64,000 bases of DNA from Candidatus Velthaea sp. GTDB lineage: Bacteria; Vulcanimicrobiota; Vulcanimicrobiia; Vulcanimicrobiales; Vulcanimicrobiaceae. How positions within the stretch are numbered: position 1 is the stretch's first letter; each line of letters starts with the position of its first letter. Location of the stretch: NCBI GenBank assembly GCA_050012475.1, contig JBEKHC010000003.1:41454-105453 (forward strand), read 5' to 3'. A program made the position numbers and the translations under genes. Below, one piece after another: positions 52,830-62,503 of the stretch. The notes below the pieces were generated by a model that was not told the origin of the DNA, did not search any database, and was given only the letters and a program-made list of their open reading frames with translations.

Positions 52830-53741
52830 CTATCCGCTCGCCGCCCCCTCCGTCGTCAGCGCGCCGGAAGCCCCTTGCTCGCCCCGCACCGTATCCACGG
52901 TTCGACGCGCCGCATGGTTGTCGGCTACGTTGATCATCCGCACCTCCGATTCGGCGAAGGGGACGGGGTAGCCCGCGGCCGTGAAAACGTCGACGATCGT
53001 GCGGTTCGTATCGAACCAGACCTGCCAGTAGTGGTCCGTATGGGTGTAGGGCCGGACCGCGAGCACCGGGCCTTCGGGGCTGAAGCTGAGGATCTCGATA
53101 TCCGGCGGGGGTATCTTCTCGACGTTGGCGATCGCCGAGATTGCGGACCGCAGCCGTTCGATGGCATCCCGCGGGTCGACACCGTTGGCAATGGTGGCGG
53201 TGGCTTCGACGCGGCGGAACGGCAGCGTCGTAAAGTTCTGAATCGTTCCCGAGAACACCGTATTGTTGCCGACAATGGTTTCAACGTTGTCGGGTGTGAC
53301 GATCTTCGTGAAGAATAAGCCGATTTCGCTGACCGTTCCCGTTACCGCGCCGGCCGTGACGAAATCGCCGATCTTGAATGGCCGCAGCACTTGCAGAAAA
53401 ACACCGGCGGCGAAGTGCGCGAGCAGCCCGCCCCAGGCGGTCCCGATGGCCAACCCGAGACCGGCAAGCAAGGCGACGAATGACGTCGTTTGAATGCCGA
53501 AGATACCCAGCAGTGCGAGGATCAGGACGAGGGTCAAGAATCCGCTAACGATCGTCGCAAGATATTTCGCGACGGTGACGTCGATGCGTCCGGCCCGTTC
53601 GAACATGCGTTCCATGAACTTGCTTGCGACGGAAATGAGCCAGCGGCCGATGATCCAAGCGGCGATCGCACCGATAACCTTGATGCCGAAAGCCAGACCT
53701 TGAGTTGCGAGAAAAGCCCAAATCGTTTCTAGGGTGCTCAC
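52830..53741 (-). CDS. mscS: Small-conductance mechanosensitive channel
   Basis: GLAIGTAWGGLLAHFAAGVFL..RPFKIGDFV...GTVSEIGLF.T...N.....GTIQNF. Confidence 0.9.
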   Translation of the reverse strand: MSTLETIWAFLATQGLAFGIKVIGAIAAWIIGRWLISVASKFMERMFERAGRIDVTVAKYLATIVSGFLTLVLILALLGIFGIQTTSFVALLAGLGLAIGTAWGGLLAHFAAGVFLQVLRPFKIGDFVTAGAVTGTVSEIGLFFTKIVTPDNVETIVGNNTVFSGTIQNFTTLPFRRVEATATIANGVDPRDAIERLRSAISAIANVEKIPPPDIEILSFSPEGPVLAVRPYTHTDHYWQVWFDTNRTIVDVFTAAGYPVPFAESEVRMINVADNHAARRTVDTVRGEQGASGALTTEGAASG

Positions 53742-54059
53742 ATCTACCTCTCAAGAACGAGGATGAGCGCGCTGCTTCGCGTTGATCGAGCGCGATGCGG
53801 TCGCTCCGAATTGAATTGTTCGGGCCAAAACGCAGACGAGTCAAGAGCCAAACTGCATATAGGCTGCGCTTCGCATGCAAATAAACGCGCCACGCTCTCT
53901 CACTGTACGACACAAGCAAAAGCGAGCAGCGGCCTTCTATTCGAAGAAACACGAAGCAGCCGGTTTCCTGTTTCGTTGCTCCGCGCGGCTTTCCTCAACC
54001 GCCGCCGAGGTTTAGGCCATACTTCGGGTCACCTCGTTAACCGGCGCAGCGGATGTGAT

Positions 54060-54570
54060 TGCCCTCCAGCAAATGCCCAGGTTCCGGCAAGCCGTCCTGG
54101 CTTTCGCTCGGGGTGATCTCGACCATGAAAGTGAGGTTCGACGAGGCGGGCGTGGTGATCGATGAGTTCGATCAGGTCGGTCTATTAGCGCACGCTTTCC
54201 AAACCATGGAGATGGAGATCGCCGTCAGCGTGGCCGCCTTCGACCACGCCCGCTGCGGAATACGCGACGACGATATGCACGCACTCGCAACGACGAGCCA
54301 CTCACTCAGCGAGGCTTCGACCGTCGTGTCGGACGCGGTCAAGCAATCGGTCACATCGGTCTTCCAGATTTCACAAAGGGTCGATGTGGTCGTCGCCGGA
54401 GCGCAACCAAGCGGAGAGAATCGACGATACGGCGAGCGCCGTCAGCAACTCAGTCGGACGGCCGAGCAGATCGCGACGGTTGCAATGCTCCAAGCCGAGT
54501 CGATCGCGCTCACCATGTAGTCTTTGCAGAAACTCGACGACGGAATCGGCGCGCTTAATGCACCTGCGCG
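54060..54570 (+). pseudogene. Decayed MCP fragment (HAMP plus start of the methyl-accepting region)
   Basis: AFARGDL / DQVGLLAHAFQTM / LATTSHSLSEAS...QIS / QLSRTAEQIA...*...LDDGI across frames, with an internal stop. Confidence 0.6.
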
Positions 54571-55149
54571 CAAGGCTACCGCTATGCCAAGCCGCTTGAC
54601 TCGCATGCCGCGGAGCGCTTCCTCACTAAAGCGCAGGTCGCGTGGCAGGCGAGCGTCACCGAAGGCTCGGGGGGTTGAAAACCCCGCGATCTGTATTGGC
54701 CCTTTCCCCGATGCACTCGGCGGCACGTTAACGGCGCGTGCCAACGGCAGTCCAGCACGATCTGATCCGTCGAAGCGGACGACGCAATCTCCGCGTCCTA
54801 AAAAACACTCGCGTCCGGCGAAGTCGCCAAATTAACCCTTCAGGGGTGGTAAACGGCGAGACCACGGCACTCCCGCGCTGCGGCAGGTCACGCGAATCTG
54901 CGCGCGCGAGCCTAGCGCGGCCGCCCGAGTTCCTCGAGCGCTTCGAGTTCCGCGAGCATGGCGGCCTGGGCATCGTCCTCGTCTTCTTCGTTGTCAGAGT
55001 CGTCAGCGGTCACGGTAGCACGCATCATCGTTCAACCTCTGCGTGGTGGACCTCAAGAACGCCGGCAGCGCGACGGGAGTTTCATTGTCCGATTCAATTC
55101 GAGACACAACGGAGTTAGTCAATGGGGATGAGACCGCTCGAGTGAGCAC

Positions 55150-55302
55150 GTCGGTCGTCCGCAGGCGCTCGTGGGTTCCCGGCTTGCCGAAGCTGGCCGG
55201 ATGCTCGCCACCGGCAAGTCGCAAATCGAGACAGCCCGCATTTTGCGGGTGTCGCGGGCGACGATTCAACGGGCCTACCCCGGCAGTGGCGGCAGGCGCT
55301 AA
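55150..55302 (+). pseudogene. Serine recombinase (resolvase) C-terminal HTH remnant
   Basis: VGRPQAL...AGRMLATGKSQIETARILRVSRATIQR*; no catalytic domain or start codon upstream. Confidence 0.65.
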
Positions 55303-55390
55303 ACAGTGGCTGTTGGCGTAGTCAAACCGCTCATGATCGTTGAACATAGCCGATCCTGCGTCGAAAGCCGGCGATCGATTGTCGACATTT

Positions 55391-55470
55391 ATCGATTACT
55401 TGAGCAACGGCGGGCGCATCGAGGTCGCGCAGCGCATGGCCGGGCACTAGAACGCGAAGACCACTGGCCC
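55391..55470 (+). pseudogene. Tyrosine recombinase box II remnant
   Basis: IDYLSNGGRIEVAQRMAGH*NAKTTG, with an in-frame stop after the catalytic His. Confidence 0.7.
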
Positions 55471-55616
55471 ATCCACATCCACGACCGGGCTGTCGCTGCG
55501 GAGCCGCTCGAGCAACTTCGACACCTTCGTTTCCGTCGGCGTCGTTGTCTGGAGGTTGAGCCGTGCGCACCTCTCTTCGATGCGGGCCACCGACGGAGGT
55601 TCGCGTCTACGCCCTC

Positions 55617-55870
55617 CCGCAAGAGTGCGGGTCTCGCCGCCGGCGGCGAGTTGGATGTCGACGTCGAATTCGACACCGAGCCTCGTGAGGTCGCGATGCC
55701 CGCCCGACTTTGCGTATGCGCGCAACGGTGATGGGAAAGCCCGCGGGTACTTCGACGGGTCATGTAGCAATAAGCTACGGTTCGTGACCTGGATCGAAGG
55801 AGCAAAGACGACCGAACTCGGCAGAGACGAATTGCCAAGCCGTCGCCAACCTGCACGGGGCGAAACCGGG
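55617..55870 (+). pseudogene. YdeI/OmpD-associated (DUF1905/OmdA) protein remnant
   Basis: RKSAGLAAGGELDVDVEFDTEPREV / PDFA...ARGYFDG..SNKLRFVTWIEGAKT / RQRRIAK in shifting frames. Confidence 0.7.
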
Positions 55871-55892
55871 CGTGCTCACCTCCAGAAAGGCA

Positions 55893-56354
55893 ATGATGTT
55901 GTACAGCTACTTTGTCAAACAATTGGTCCGGCAAAGTTTCGAGCATGTCAACAATCACCGCTACGACGAGCTGCTCAAGCCGGTTGCAACCAACGTCCAT
56001 CATCGCTTTGGCGGCGCCCACTCGATCGGCGGGGAGCGCCATGACAAAGAGGCAATGCGCCGCTGGCTGGGACGCGTCGGCCGAGTGTTGCCCGACCTGC
56101 ACATCAAGGTCAATAATATTTGGGTTACGGGCTGGCCGTGGCACACAACGGTGTTTGTGCAGTGGGATGCCACAGCGACGCTGCTGAACGGCGACGACTC
56201 GTACTTCAACCGCGGATTCCACGTGATTACGATGCGTTGGGGCAAAGCGTGTTCGCTTGATGTGTTTGAAGATTCCCAGGAGGTGGCGCGCGGGCTCGCG
56301 GCCCAAGCTGAATCAGGCCTCAAAGAGGCCGCTGCTGAACAGATTGTCAGTTAG
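55893..56354 (+). CDS. SnoaL/NTF2-like protein
   Basis: AAAGG RBS; HHRFGGAHSIGGERH...GWPWHTTVFVQW...YFNRGFHVITMRWGK...VFEDSQ. Confidence 0.8.
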   Translation: MMLYSYFVKQLVRQSFEHVNNHRYDELLKPVATNVHHRFGGAHSIGGERHDKEAMRRWLGRVGRVLPDLHIKVNNIWVTGWPWHTTVFVQWDATATLLNGDDSYFNRGFHVITMRWGKACSLDVFEDSQEVARGLAAQAESGLKEAAAEQIVS

Positions 56355-56645
56355 CGCATGGTGTTGTTGCCGGCGGTCGAAAGCGCGTAAATCTGGCGCA
56401 GTGGAAACGGCCCGCAGAATCGGCCGCGCCTAACGTGCGCAAGTCTCATCGGTGCCAGGCTGCGTCAAGGGTTCGCTCCGCCGCCTTGACGCAGCCTGCG
56501 CTCCGAGGGGGTGGCAATGACGCTTTGCGACCGACTCGGCGTAGCGCGGCGCTGCCTTCATCGTTTTCGTGACCGAGCTGGTTGGGCAATGAAGCCGGCG
56601 CTTCAACAACAGTGCTCTTCGGAGCAACAAAGAAATGCTACCCGT

Positions 56646-56830
56646 TCAACCGGGGACGAATCCGGCTAGTGCGATCACGACCGTAAAGACGATCTGGATC
56701 GCCAGCCGCGCCACGAGTGGCGTGCTGGGTTTGCCCCGTAACGTCAGCCCGGGCGTGCGCTGCGTGGGCGTTCGCCGGAAACATCGCGACGAGCAGCGCG
56801 ATCAGGCCGGAGCGCGGCGAGTTCGCAGGT
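56646..56830 (-). pseudogene. DoxX-family membrane protein C-terminal remnant
   Basis: GLIALLVAMFPANAHAA / GLTLRGKPSTPLVARLAIQIVF... split by a frameshift. Confidence 0.6.
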
Positions 56831-57184
56831 GGTAGAAAAGAGCCTCGTAATGCGCGCGAAGCGCAGCATCGAGAGCGGCCAGATGGAGCGCGAGTACAAC
56901 GCGCTCGAACGCGATCCGCGAGACGCCGCCGCTTTCTCGCCGCCAGGCGGTATGGAGGTCCGGAGTGGTTCGGCGCAGCTACAAATCGGAGAATCGATAG
57001 CGAGCCACGCCGAGCCCCGGCATGACCTCGTGATCATCAAGGCCAGCTTCGAGATCGACGCTCCTGGCTACGTAGTCACGTTCGAGTGGGGAGCGACGTA
57101 GATGCCTCTTCTAATGAGGCCTGCTTGCGTAAGACAGAGGTGCGACTTAGCGGCTTGAACGACCACGATCCGGAATTCAGCCCT

Positions 57185-58282
57185 ATGCGTCTGCTATCAG
57201 CAGTAGTCCCCATCCGGGTCGCGTGCCTCGTCGGCGCGGCTCTCGGCATTGTCTGGTGCGTACCGGCGGCGGGGCAAGGCGTAAGTGTGACGCTCAACGG
57301 ATCGACGCTGAATTTGTCTCCCGCACCGCAAGAGCGCGCCGGCCGGATCTTTGTCCCGTTACGCGGGATTTTCGAGCAACTCGGAGCCTCGGTCGTGTAC
57401 CAGAACGGCATCATCAACGCCCAGGGAAATGGCCGCGCGGTTTCGCTGCGCATCGGTTCGACGCAGGCGACCGTGAACGGTCAAGTGCAGAGTCTCGATG
57501 TCGCGCCGTTCGTGGTCGGCGCTAGTACGTATGTTCCTCTGCGCTTCGTCTCGCAGGCACTCGGCGCTGGTGTCAATTACGACGCTGCCAACAAGATCGT
57601 CGCGCTCACCAACGGTGGCGCCCCGGCAGCTTCACCCGTGATATCGAACGCGAGCCGCGTGCGGTTGGGACCGGTGCGCCCGGCCCGCGATGCAACCGTA
57701 CCGGCGCAGCATCCGACGGTGGAGGCGCAGTTCGTGGGCGGCGAAGTCGATCCGAATACGCTGCGGATCACCCTCGACGATCTTGACATTACCTCGGCGA
57801 CATCGCGCTCGTCGTCCGGCTTCGTCTTTTCGCCGCCATCCGATCTGCAATCGGTCCGTCACACGGTTCGAGTGACCGGGAACGATCGGACCGGTGCGCC
57901 CTTCGACGCCCGCTGGTCGTTCACGTCGGGTACTTCGGCGGTCGAGAACAGGCTGGGCGGCGTGGCCCCGTCCGATGGGGCGCAGGTCGGCAGTCAGTTC
58001 ACGGTCAGTGGGCAAACCCTTGCCGGAGCGCTCGTCGTGGTTCAAGTCGGTGCGGCCGCCGGGAATGCGAATACCGTTGCCGGGGCGGTCGGGTCGATCC
58101 TGGGCCTCGGCGGCGGCGCGAACGTGCGCAATGAGGTGACGGCAAACGCCGACGGTTCGTTTTCGACCGTCATCGCGATCAACGCGCCGCCGGGAACGAC
58201 GCTTCAAATGATCGTCAACTCGACCGATCCGCGGACCAAGGCGGCAGCCCACCCAATCGCGCGCACGTTAACCGTTCGCTGA
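57185..58282 (+). CDS. Secreted copper amine oxidase N-terminal (stalk) domain protein with Ig-like domains
   Basis: Signal peptide; GRIFVPLRGIFEQLGASV...STYVPLRFVSQALGAGVNYD. Confidence 0.88.
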   Translation: MRLLSAVVPIRVACLVGAALGIVWCVPAAGQGVSVTLNGSTLNLSPAPQERAGRIFVPLRGIFEQLGASVVYQNGIINAQGNGRAVSLRIGSTQATVNGQVQSLDVAPFVVGASTYVPLRFVSQALGAGVNYDAANKIVALTNGGAPAASPVISNASRVRLGPVRPARDATVPAQHPTVEAQFVGGEVDPNTLRITLDDLDITSATSRSSSGFVFSPPSDLQSVRHTVRVTGNDRTGAPFDARWSFTSGTSAVENRLGGVAPSDGAQVGSQFTVSGQTLAGALVVVQVGAAAGNANTVAGAVGSILGLGGGANVRNEVTANADGSFSTVIAINAPPGTTLQMIVNSTDPRTKAAAHPIARTLTVR

Positions 58283-58455
58283 CGGATTCTGTTGCAACGG
58301 CTCGGTGCAAGGCGAATTGCTCGCCGCGACCGTTCGGGGGTGGCGCTCTCTGATGCGCTGTTCTGTGTTCGCGTACTGTTTACCGATTCTTGGAGGGGGC
58401 CGATTCGCCGCCTTGGTGCGCTCGAAATGGGGTCGTCAAACGTGTTCGGTCTGCG

Positions 58456-58710
58456 TCACTTCGGGCTTTCGAAGCCCACAATTGCAAATGTGCCGTCAAC
58501 GCTAAACGTGACGCCCTCAAAGCCGAACTCGTCGGCACCGCGCAGAATCGCAATCGGGTCTTCGACGTTCGAGGCCTTCCAAAGCTCGACGCAGCGGTTC
58601 GGGATGTCGATCCGCCAGGCGTGCGGGATGCGCCCGTCGCTCATGTGCGCGCGCATCTTTTCGCGCGGATTGCGTTCGGTCTTCGATCTGTGCCCCATGT
58701 GCGAAAGCAA
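58456..58710 (-). pseudogene. Possible Uma2 (DUF820) endonuclease C-terminal remnant
   Basis: REKMRAH...GRIPHAWRIDIPNRCVELW resembles K..Y...G..EYW.VD...R.V.V. Confidence 0.4.
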
Positions 58711-59330
58711 ACTCTGCGTAGCTGCGGTCGTGCCGAAACAAATCGAATTATTCAGGCGGGCTTTGAGCTTGAGGGTATAGCCCTGCGGCCGATTTTCGAC
58801 CGCCTCGCGTCGGCGAGTTTCTGCTCGAGCAGGTTGGCCCTTGGATGACGGCGTCGGCGTTAAAACAGCAGGCAGCCCATCCGAGTCGCGAAGTAAAGCA
58901 GCGATGTGAGGGTCTTGAGCCGCCGCCCGCGGGTGCTTACGCTCCGACGAGACTTACCGTGGCGCAGCGGCTTGCGGTGAAGCGCCGGAAAGCCGCGACG
59001 TCGTCGCGGGCTCTTGCCATGAAGCCATAGCCGCGACCAGTTCAGCGTCGCCGGTGTCGGATCGGAGTCGGCGCGATCCTCCAGTCGCAGCCGGCGGAAT
59101 TCGAATAACCGTCCCGGACCGGATGCAACTCTCGAAGACGGTCGACCGCCGCCGGGCGCGGGCGATCCAAGCCCCAGCCCGCCAGTGATACTTTTTGCAG
59201 CTGCTCGCTACGCGCTTCTATGCGAGCGCTAGGGAAGCCGCCGTGTGCACCGAGCCCAGTCACGGTCGGACACCCCAGACCGGAGATATGTCGAGTGGCG
59301 CTCCTTATGGCGTCGACTAAGTCGAGTCGA

Positions 59331-59846
59331 TCAGCCCGACCGCGCATCCTTCTCCGTCGCGCGGACGGCGTTGGTGATGCCTTCCCGCATGTGGTCAGAA
59401 TCGAGCTTCAGAAATCCATCGGCTTTCACTTCAATGGAGACGGGGATCTCGGTTTCGACTTTAGCTTGCTGGCCCTCGCGAGCGACATGACCATCTGCGC
59501 GCACGTGGTAACAGCCGGCATCGCCCAGCTCATCTCTATCGCAGCGCACTTCTATCGCAACGCTCGCCTGCAAATCACTTTCGCGCCGCTGGGCACGAAC
59601 CGCTGCGGTGCCAATCTCCGACCGCATCCGCTTCATAACCGGCGTCGTCTCGGTTGTTACATCGCCATCGAACATTGAACCGCGCATGACGTCCTCGGTT
59701 TGTGCCTGCAATGGCCCGAGCACCTCGGCAATCGGTAGCGCGCGTGGTGTCGGCTGGTCAACGACTCCGCTACGCAGTGAGTTCTTGCTCGGGACACCTT
59801 CGGATACGGGCGTGGATGGATTCGTGACATCGTGCTTCTTGGTCAT
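59331..59846 (-). CDS. Hypothetical protein
   Basis: GGAGAG RBS, ATG 59846, 171 aa open frame. Confidence 0.55.
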   Translation of the reverse strand: MTKKHDVTNPSTPVSEGVPSKNSLRSGVVDQPTPRALPIAEVLGPLQAQTEDVMRGSMFDGDVTTETTPVMKRMRSEIGTAAVRAQRRESDLQASVAIEVRCDRDELGDAGCYHVRADGHVAREGQQAKVETEIPVSIEVKADGFLKLDSDHMREGITNAVRATEKDARSG

Positions 59847-60073
59847 CTGGTCTCTCCGAACTCGCCGAGCGTCATCACTCCAACCTATCATAAATTCTGG
59901 TACGGCGGCCACAATCGGCGACTTACCTTGAGGCGAATCGGCGCAGCGGACGCGACTGTCGGTTCATCTTTGCTGATGTTCAAGCGAACCAAAGTCGTTT
60001 TATAGAGCAAGACAAGCGTAGTCGAACACCGCTACGGCGGCGTCTCCTTTGGCGCCGGGCTCGCCTTCTCGAT

Positions 60074-60330
60074 CAGAGCGCGAGGGAATCGCCGTTGGAC
60101 TTCTGGGGCCGGGCGTGCAGATAGCGGCTGGTGGTCGCGATCGAGGCGTCCCCCAGGGTGTCGCACACGGGCGCGAGTCAGCGCCGCGGCGCGAGGCGTG
60201 CAGTGCGAGACGCAGGAAGTGCGGCGAGACCGGACGTCGCGACCCCGGCCGGCCTGGCGGCGCGCTTGACCCGCTTCCACGCATTGACCGCGCTCATCGG
60301 GAAGACCAAGTCCTGGCCTATGGTTTCGTC
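60074..60330 (-). pseudogene. XerC/D-like tyrosine recombinase C-terminal remnant
   Basis: AWKRVKRAAR.AG / VSPHFLR / DTLGDASIATTSRYLHARP in three frames. Confidence 0.75.
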
Positions 60331-60697
60331 GGTCCGCCGTGCATGTGAAGTTGTCAGGAATGAAACGCTTCGAGTCGCAACCACTCCCAAAAAGGGGAGG
60401 CGATCGTCCAATCTCCGGTCGCCACTGAGACGAATCCCCGCTTCTTCTTCTGCGCCCGCGGCGCGGGCGACGAGCTCCGATGACTCGGCGGTGCCGGGTC
60501 GGGGGTCCGGTAGTGGTTCCGCTGGCATGAGAGTTGATATACCGCTAGTTATCTTAATCGCTGAGCGAGAGCTCGACAGCACAGGCCTGGTTCCTAGGCC
60601 ACGCTTGACTTCCGAGAAGCGCCGCGCGCGGAGCGCGATGGCTTTGCGAGCGAGGGAAAGCTTTTTTGGGCACAAGGACGGTCACAAGGACGAAACC

Positions 60698-61087
60698 ATG
60701 ATAGCTATGCTTGCTCTCCTCACCGCGTTCGCGGCTTGCCCCGGAGCGGATCCAGCGATTACCAACGTCACGACGACCCAGACCTCGAACGGTGGGCTAA
60801 CCACCTACACGCTGAGAGTCACCGTCACGAACCTCGGCTCGAGCGGCCAGCGCAGCGATGTGCTGCAGTCGGTCGAGATCCGGCTCGACCGTGCAAAGAA
60901 CGGCGAAAAGGGTGTGCCGCCGTTAGCCGCTGGCGCGAAGTACACGTTCCCATACGACGTGCGGCGCGCCACCGACGCCGCTGCCGGAACGACAACCGTC
61001 GATCTCCACTTGGTCATGCACCAACCTGCTGGAATCGGTCCGCAGGATTGTTCGGCGACAAACGATTCGCAGCGCGTAAAACTTTAA
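60698..61087 (+). CDS. Secreted CARDB/Ig-like protein
   Basis: AAGGA RBS, short signal peptide, CPGADPAI...VTVTNLG...PPLAAG...DCSATND. Confidence 0.75.
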   Translation: MIAMLALLTAFAACPGADPAITNVTTTQTSNGGLTTYTLRVTVTNLGSSGQRSDVLQSVEIRLDRAKNGEKGVPPLAAGAKYTFPYDVRRATDAAAGTTTVDLHLVMHQPAGIGPQDCSATNDSQRVKL

Positions 61088-61161
61088 GGTGTGGCACCTC
61101 GAGAGCGGCACTCGTCGCGACACCGGAGTCGCGCCGAGTGCACAAAAGGCGTCGAATGCAT

Positions 61162-61398
61162 TCACGAACTTCTAAATCTGGTCATGACGTACGGGTCAGG
61201 CCCGATCGAGCATCCCTGCAGATCGTACTCGTCGAAGCACTGCTCAGCGAGCGCATACGGCGGACCGTTGTACCAGTTCGGGTCGGCATCAAGATCGAGG
61301 CGAATCGCGACGATGACTCGGGTGCCGATATCGGTGCAGCGCCATGGTCGGCCTGCGCACCAGAATCTCATCCCGATCTCGAAGTCCAGGAGGTTCAT
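61162..61398 (-). CDS. Small hypothetical protein
   Basis: WRCTDIGTRVIVAI...WYNGPPYALAEQCFDEYD, a conserved-looking motif set. Confidence 0.65.
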   Translation of the reverse strand: MNLLDFEIGMRFWCAGRPWRCTDIGTRVIVAIRLDLDADPNWYNGPPYALAEQCFDEYDLQGCSIGPDPYVMTRFRSS

Positions 61399-61603
61399 GT
61401 TCGTAGCGTTCTAACTTGGGGAACGCGTTTGGTTGTCGCGAGTAAGGTGGTTCTGCAACGGGTGAAACGATTGCGCTTACGGCGGCTTTAGCCGGCCGTC
61501 CGTGGATCGGCATTGTCGTAGAGCGCTTGGTGACCAATCCACCCACATTCGGAAATGGCGGCTGGTGACATGCATGTTGGGTTTACCTCCAACGACGGCT
61601 GGA

Positions 61604-61804
61604 TCAGTGTTTGGCGGCGAGTTGCAAAAGAAAACTCGTTGAGAACGTGAGATCGCGTACGGTCGTCGAGGCGAGGTTCCCGTTGCGACCTAATGCGAAC
61701 ACTGAAGCGTAGTGGTAGCCCCTCGGATCCGGATGTCCAGGCAAACGATGGACGACGACGGATGCTCCCTCGAGGTCGATGAGCCAATATTCGGGGCGCA
61801 GCAT
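61604..61804 (-). pseudogene. Uma2 (DUF820) endonuclease C-terminal remnant
   Basis: PEYWLIDLEGASVVVHRLP...Y; the N-terminal part is absent. Confidence 0.55.
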
Positions 61805-61876
61805 GTCATGAGGGGACGAAACGACATGCCCTCAGTTGCGTCTTCTTCTCCTCCACCTGCATCCTCTTCGCGCTAG

Positions 61877-62497
61877 TTGCATCCACTTCTCGATCTCAAG
61901 GCACGGGCGGAACCGCGCGAACCGCCGAACAAATTCCGCAGCGTGCGTCCAACTCGGGTTGCGGCCGTGCTGGTGGCCATCTTCGCCGATCCGCCCCATC
62001 CGATGATCTTCATCGAACGGGCCGCGCATTTGCGCGACCATCCCGGCCAGATCGCCTTTCCCGGCGGTTCAGCCGACCCCGCCGACGGCGACGACCGCGT
62101 TCGCACGGCGCTGCGCGAACTCCACGAAGAAGTCGGCGTGGCGCCCGAACGCGTGACGATCGTCGGCCGGTTGCCCGATGCGCGTCCGCTGACCAACGGT
62201 TTCATCGTAACGCCGTTCGTCGGCGTACTGCGCGGTGCCGCGACCTTGACGATCGACGCGACGGAAACGGCGGCCGTCTTCACCGTTCCGCTCGAGACCA
62301 TCATCGCGCCCGGCGCAGTGCATCCGGGCATCGAAACGATCGGCGAGATGGCGATCGAAACGTGGGTCTTCGACCACGGCGACTTGCACGTTTGGGGACT
62401 GACGGCGGGAATTCTGCACGAGTTCGTGGCGGCATGGGGCACGGCGAACTCACCGCTGCGCGCGTCGATCGAGAGCGCGCTGCACTCCAGCGTTTAA
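61877..62497 (+). CDS. Nudix hydrolase, CoA pyrophosphatase type
   Basis: AAVLV, RAAHLRDHPGQIAFPGG, ALRELHEEVG, VWGLTAGIL. Confidence 0.9.
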   Translation: MHPLLDLKARAEPREPPNKFRSVRPTRVAAVLVAIFADPPHPMIFIERAAHLRDHPGQIAFPGGSADPADGDDRVRTALRELHEEVGVAPERVTIVGRLPDARPLTNGFIVTPFVGVLRGAATLTIDATETAAVFTVPLETIIAPGAVHPGIETIGEMAIETWVFDHGDLHVWGLTAGILHEFVAAWGTANSPLRASIESALHSSV

Positions 62498-62503
62498 CGC
62501 ACG

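Noticed and set aside
56829..57101. 90-aa plus-strand ORF
   Set aside because: No recognisable domain or clear RBS within a decayed region; cannot be supported.
60671..60692. CACAAGGACG direct repeat before the CARDB-like gene
   Set aside because: Only two copies spanning the RBS; likely a trivial local duplication.
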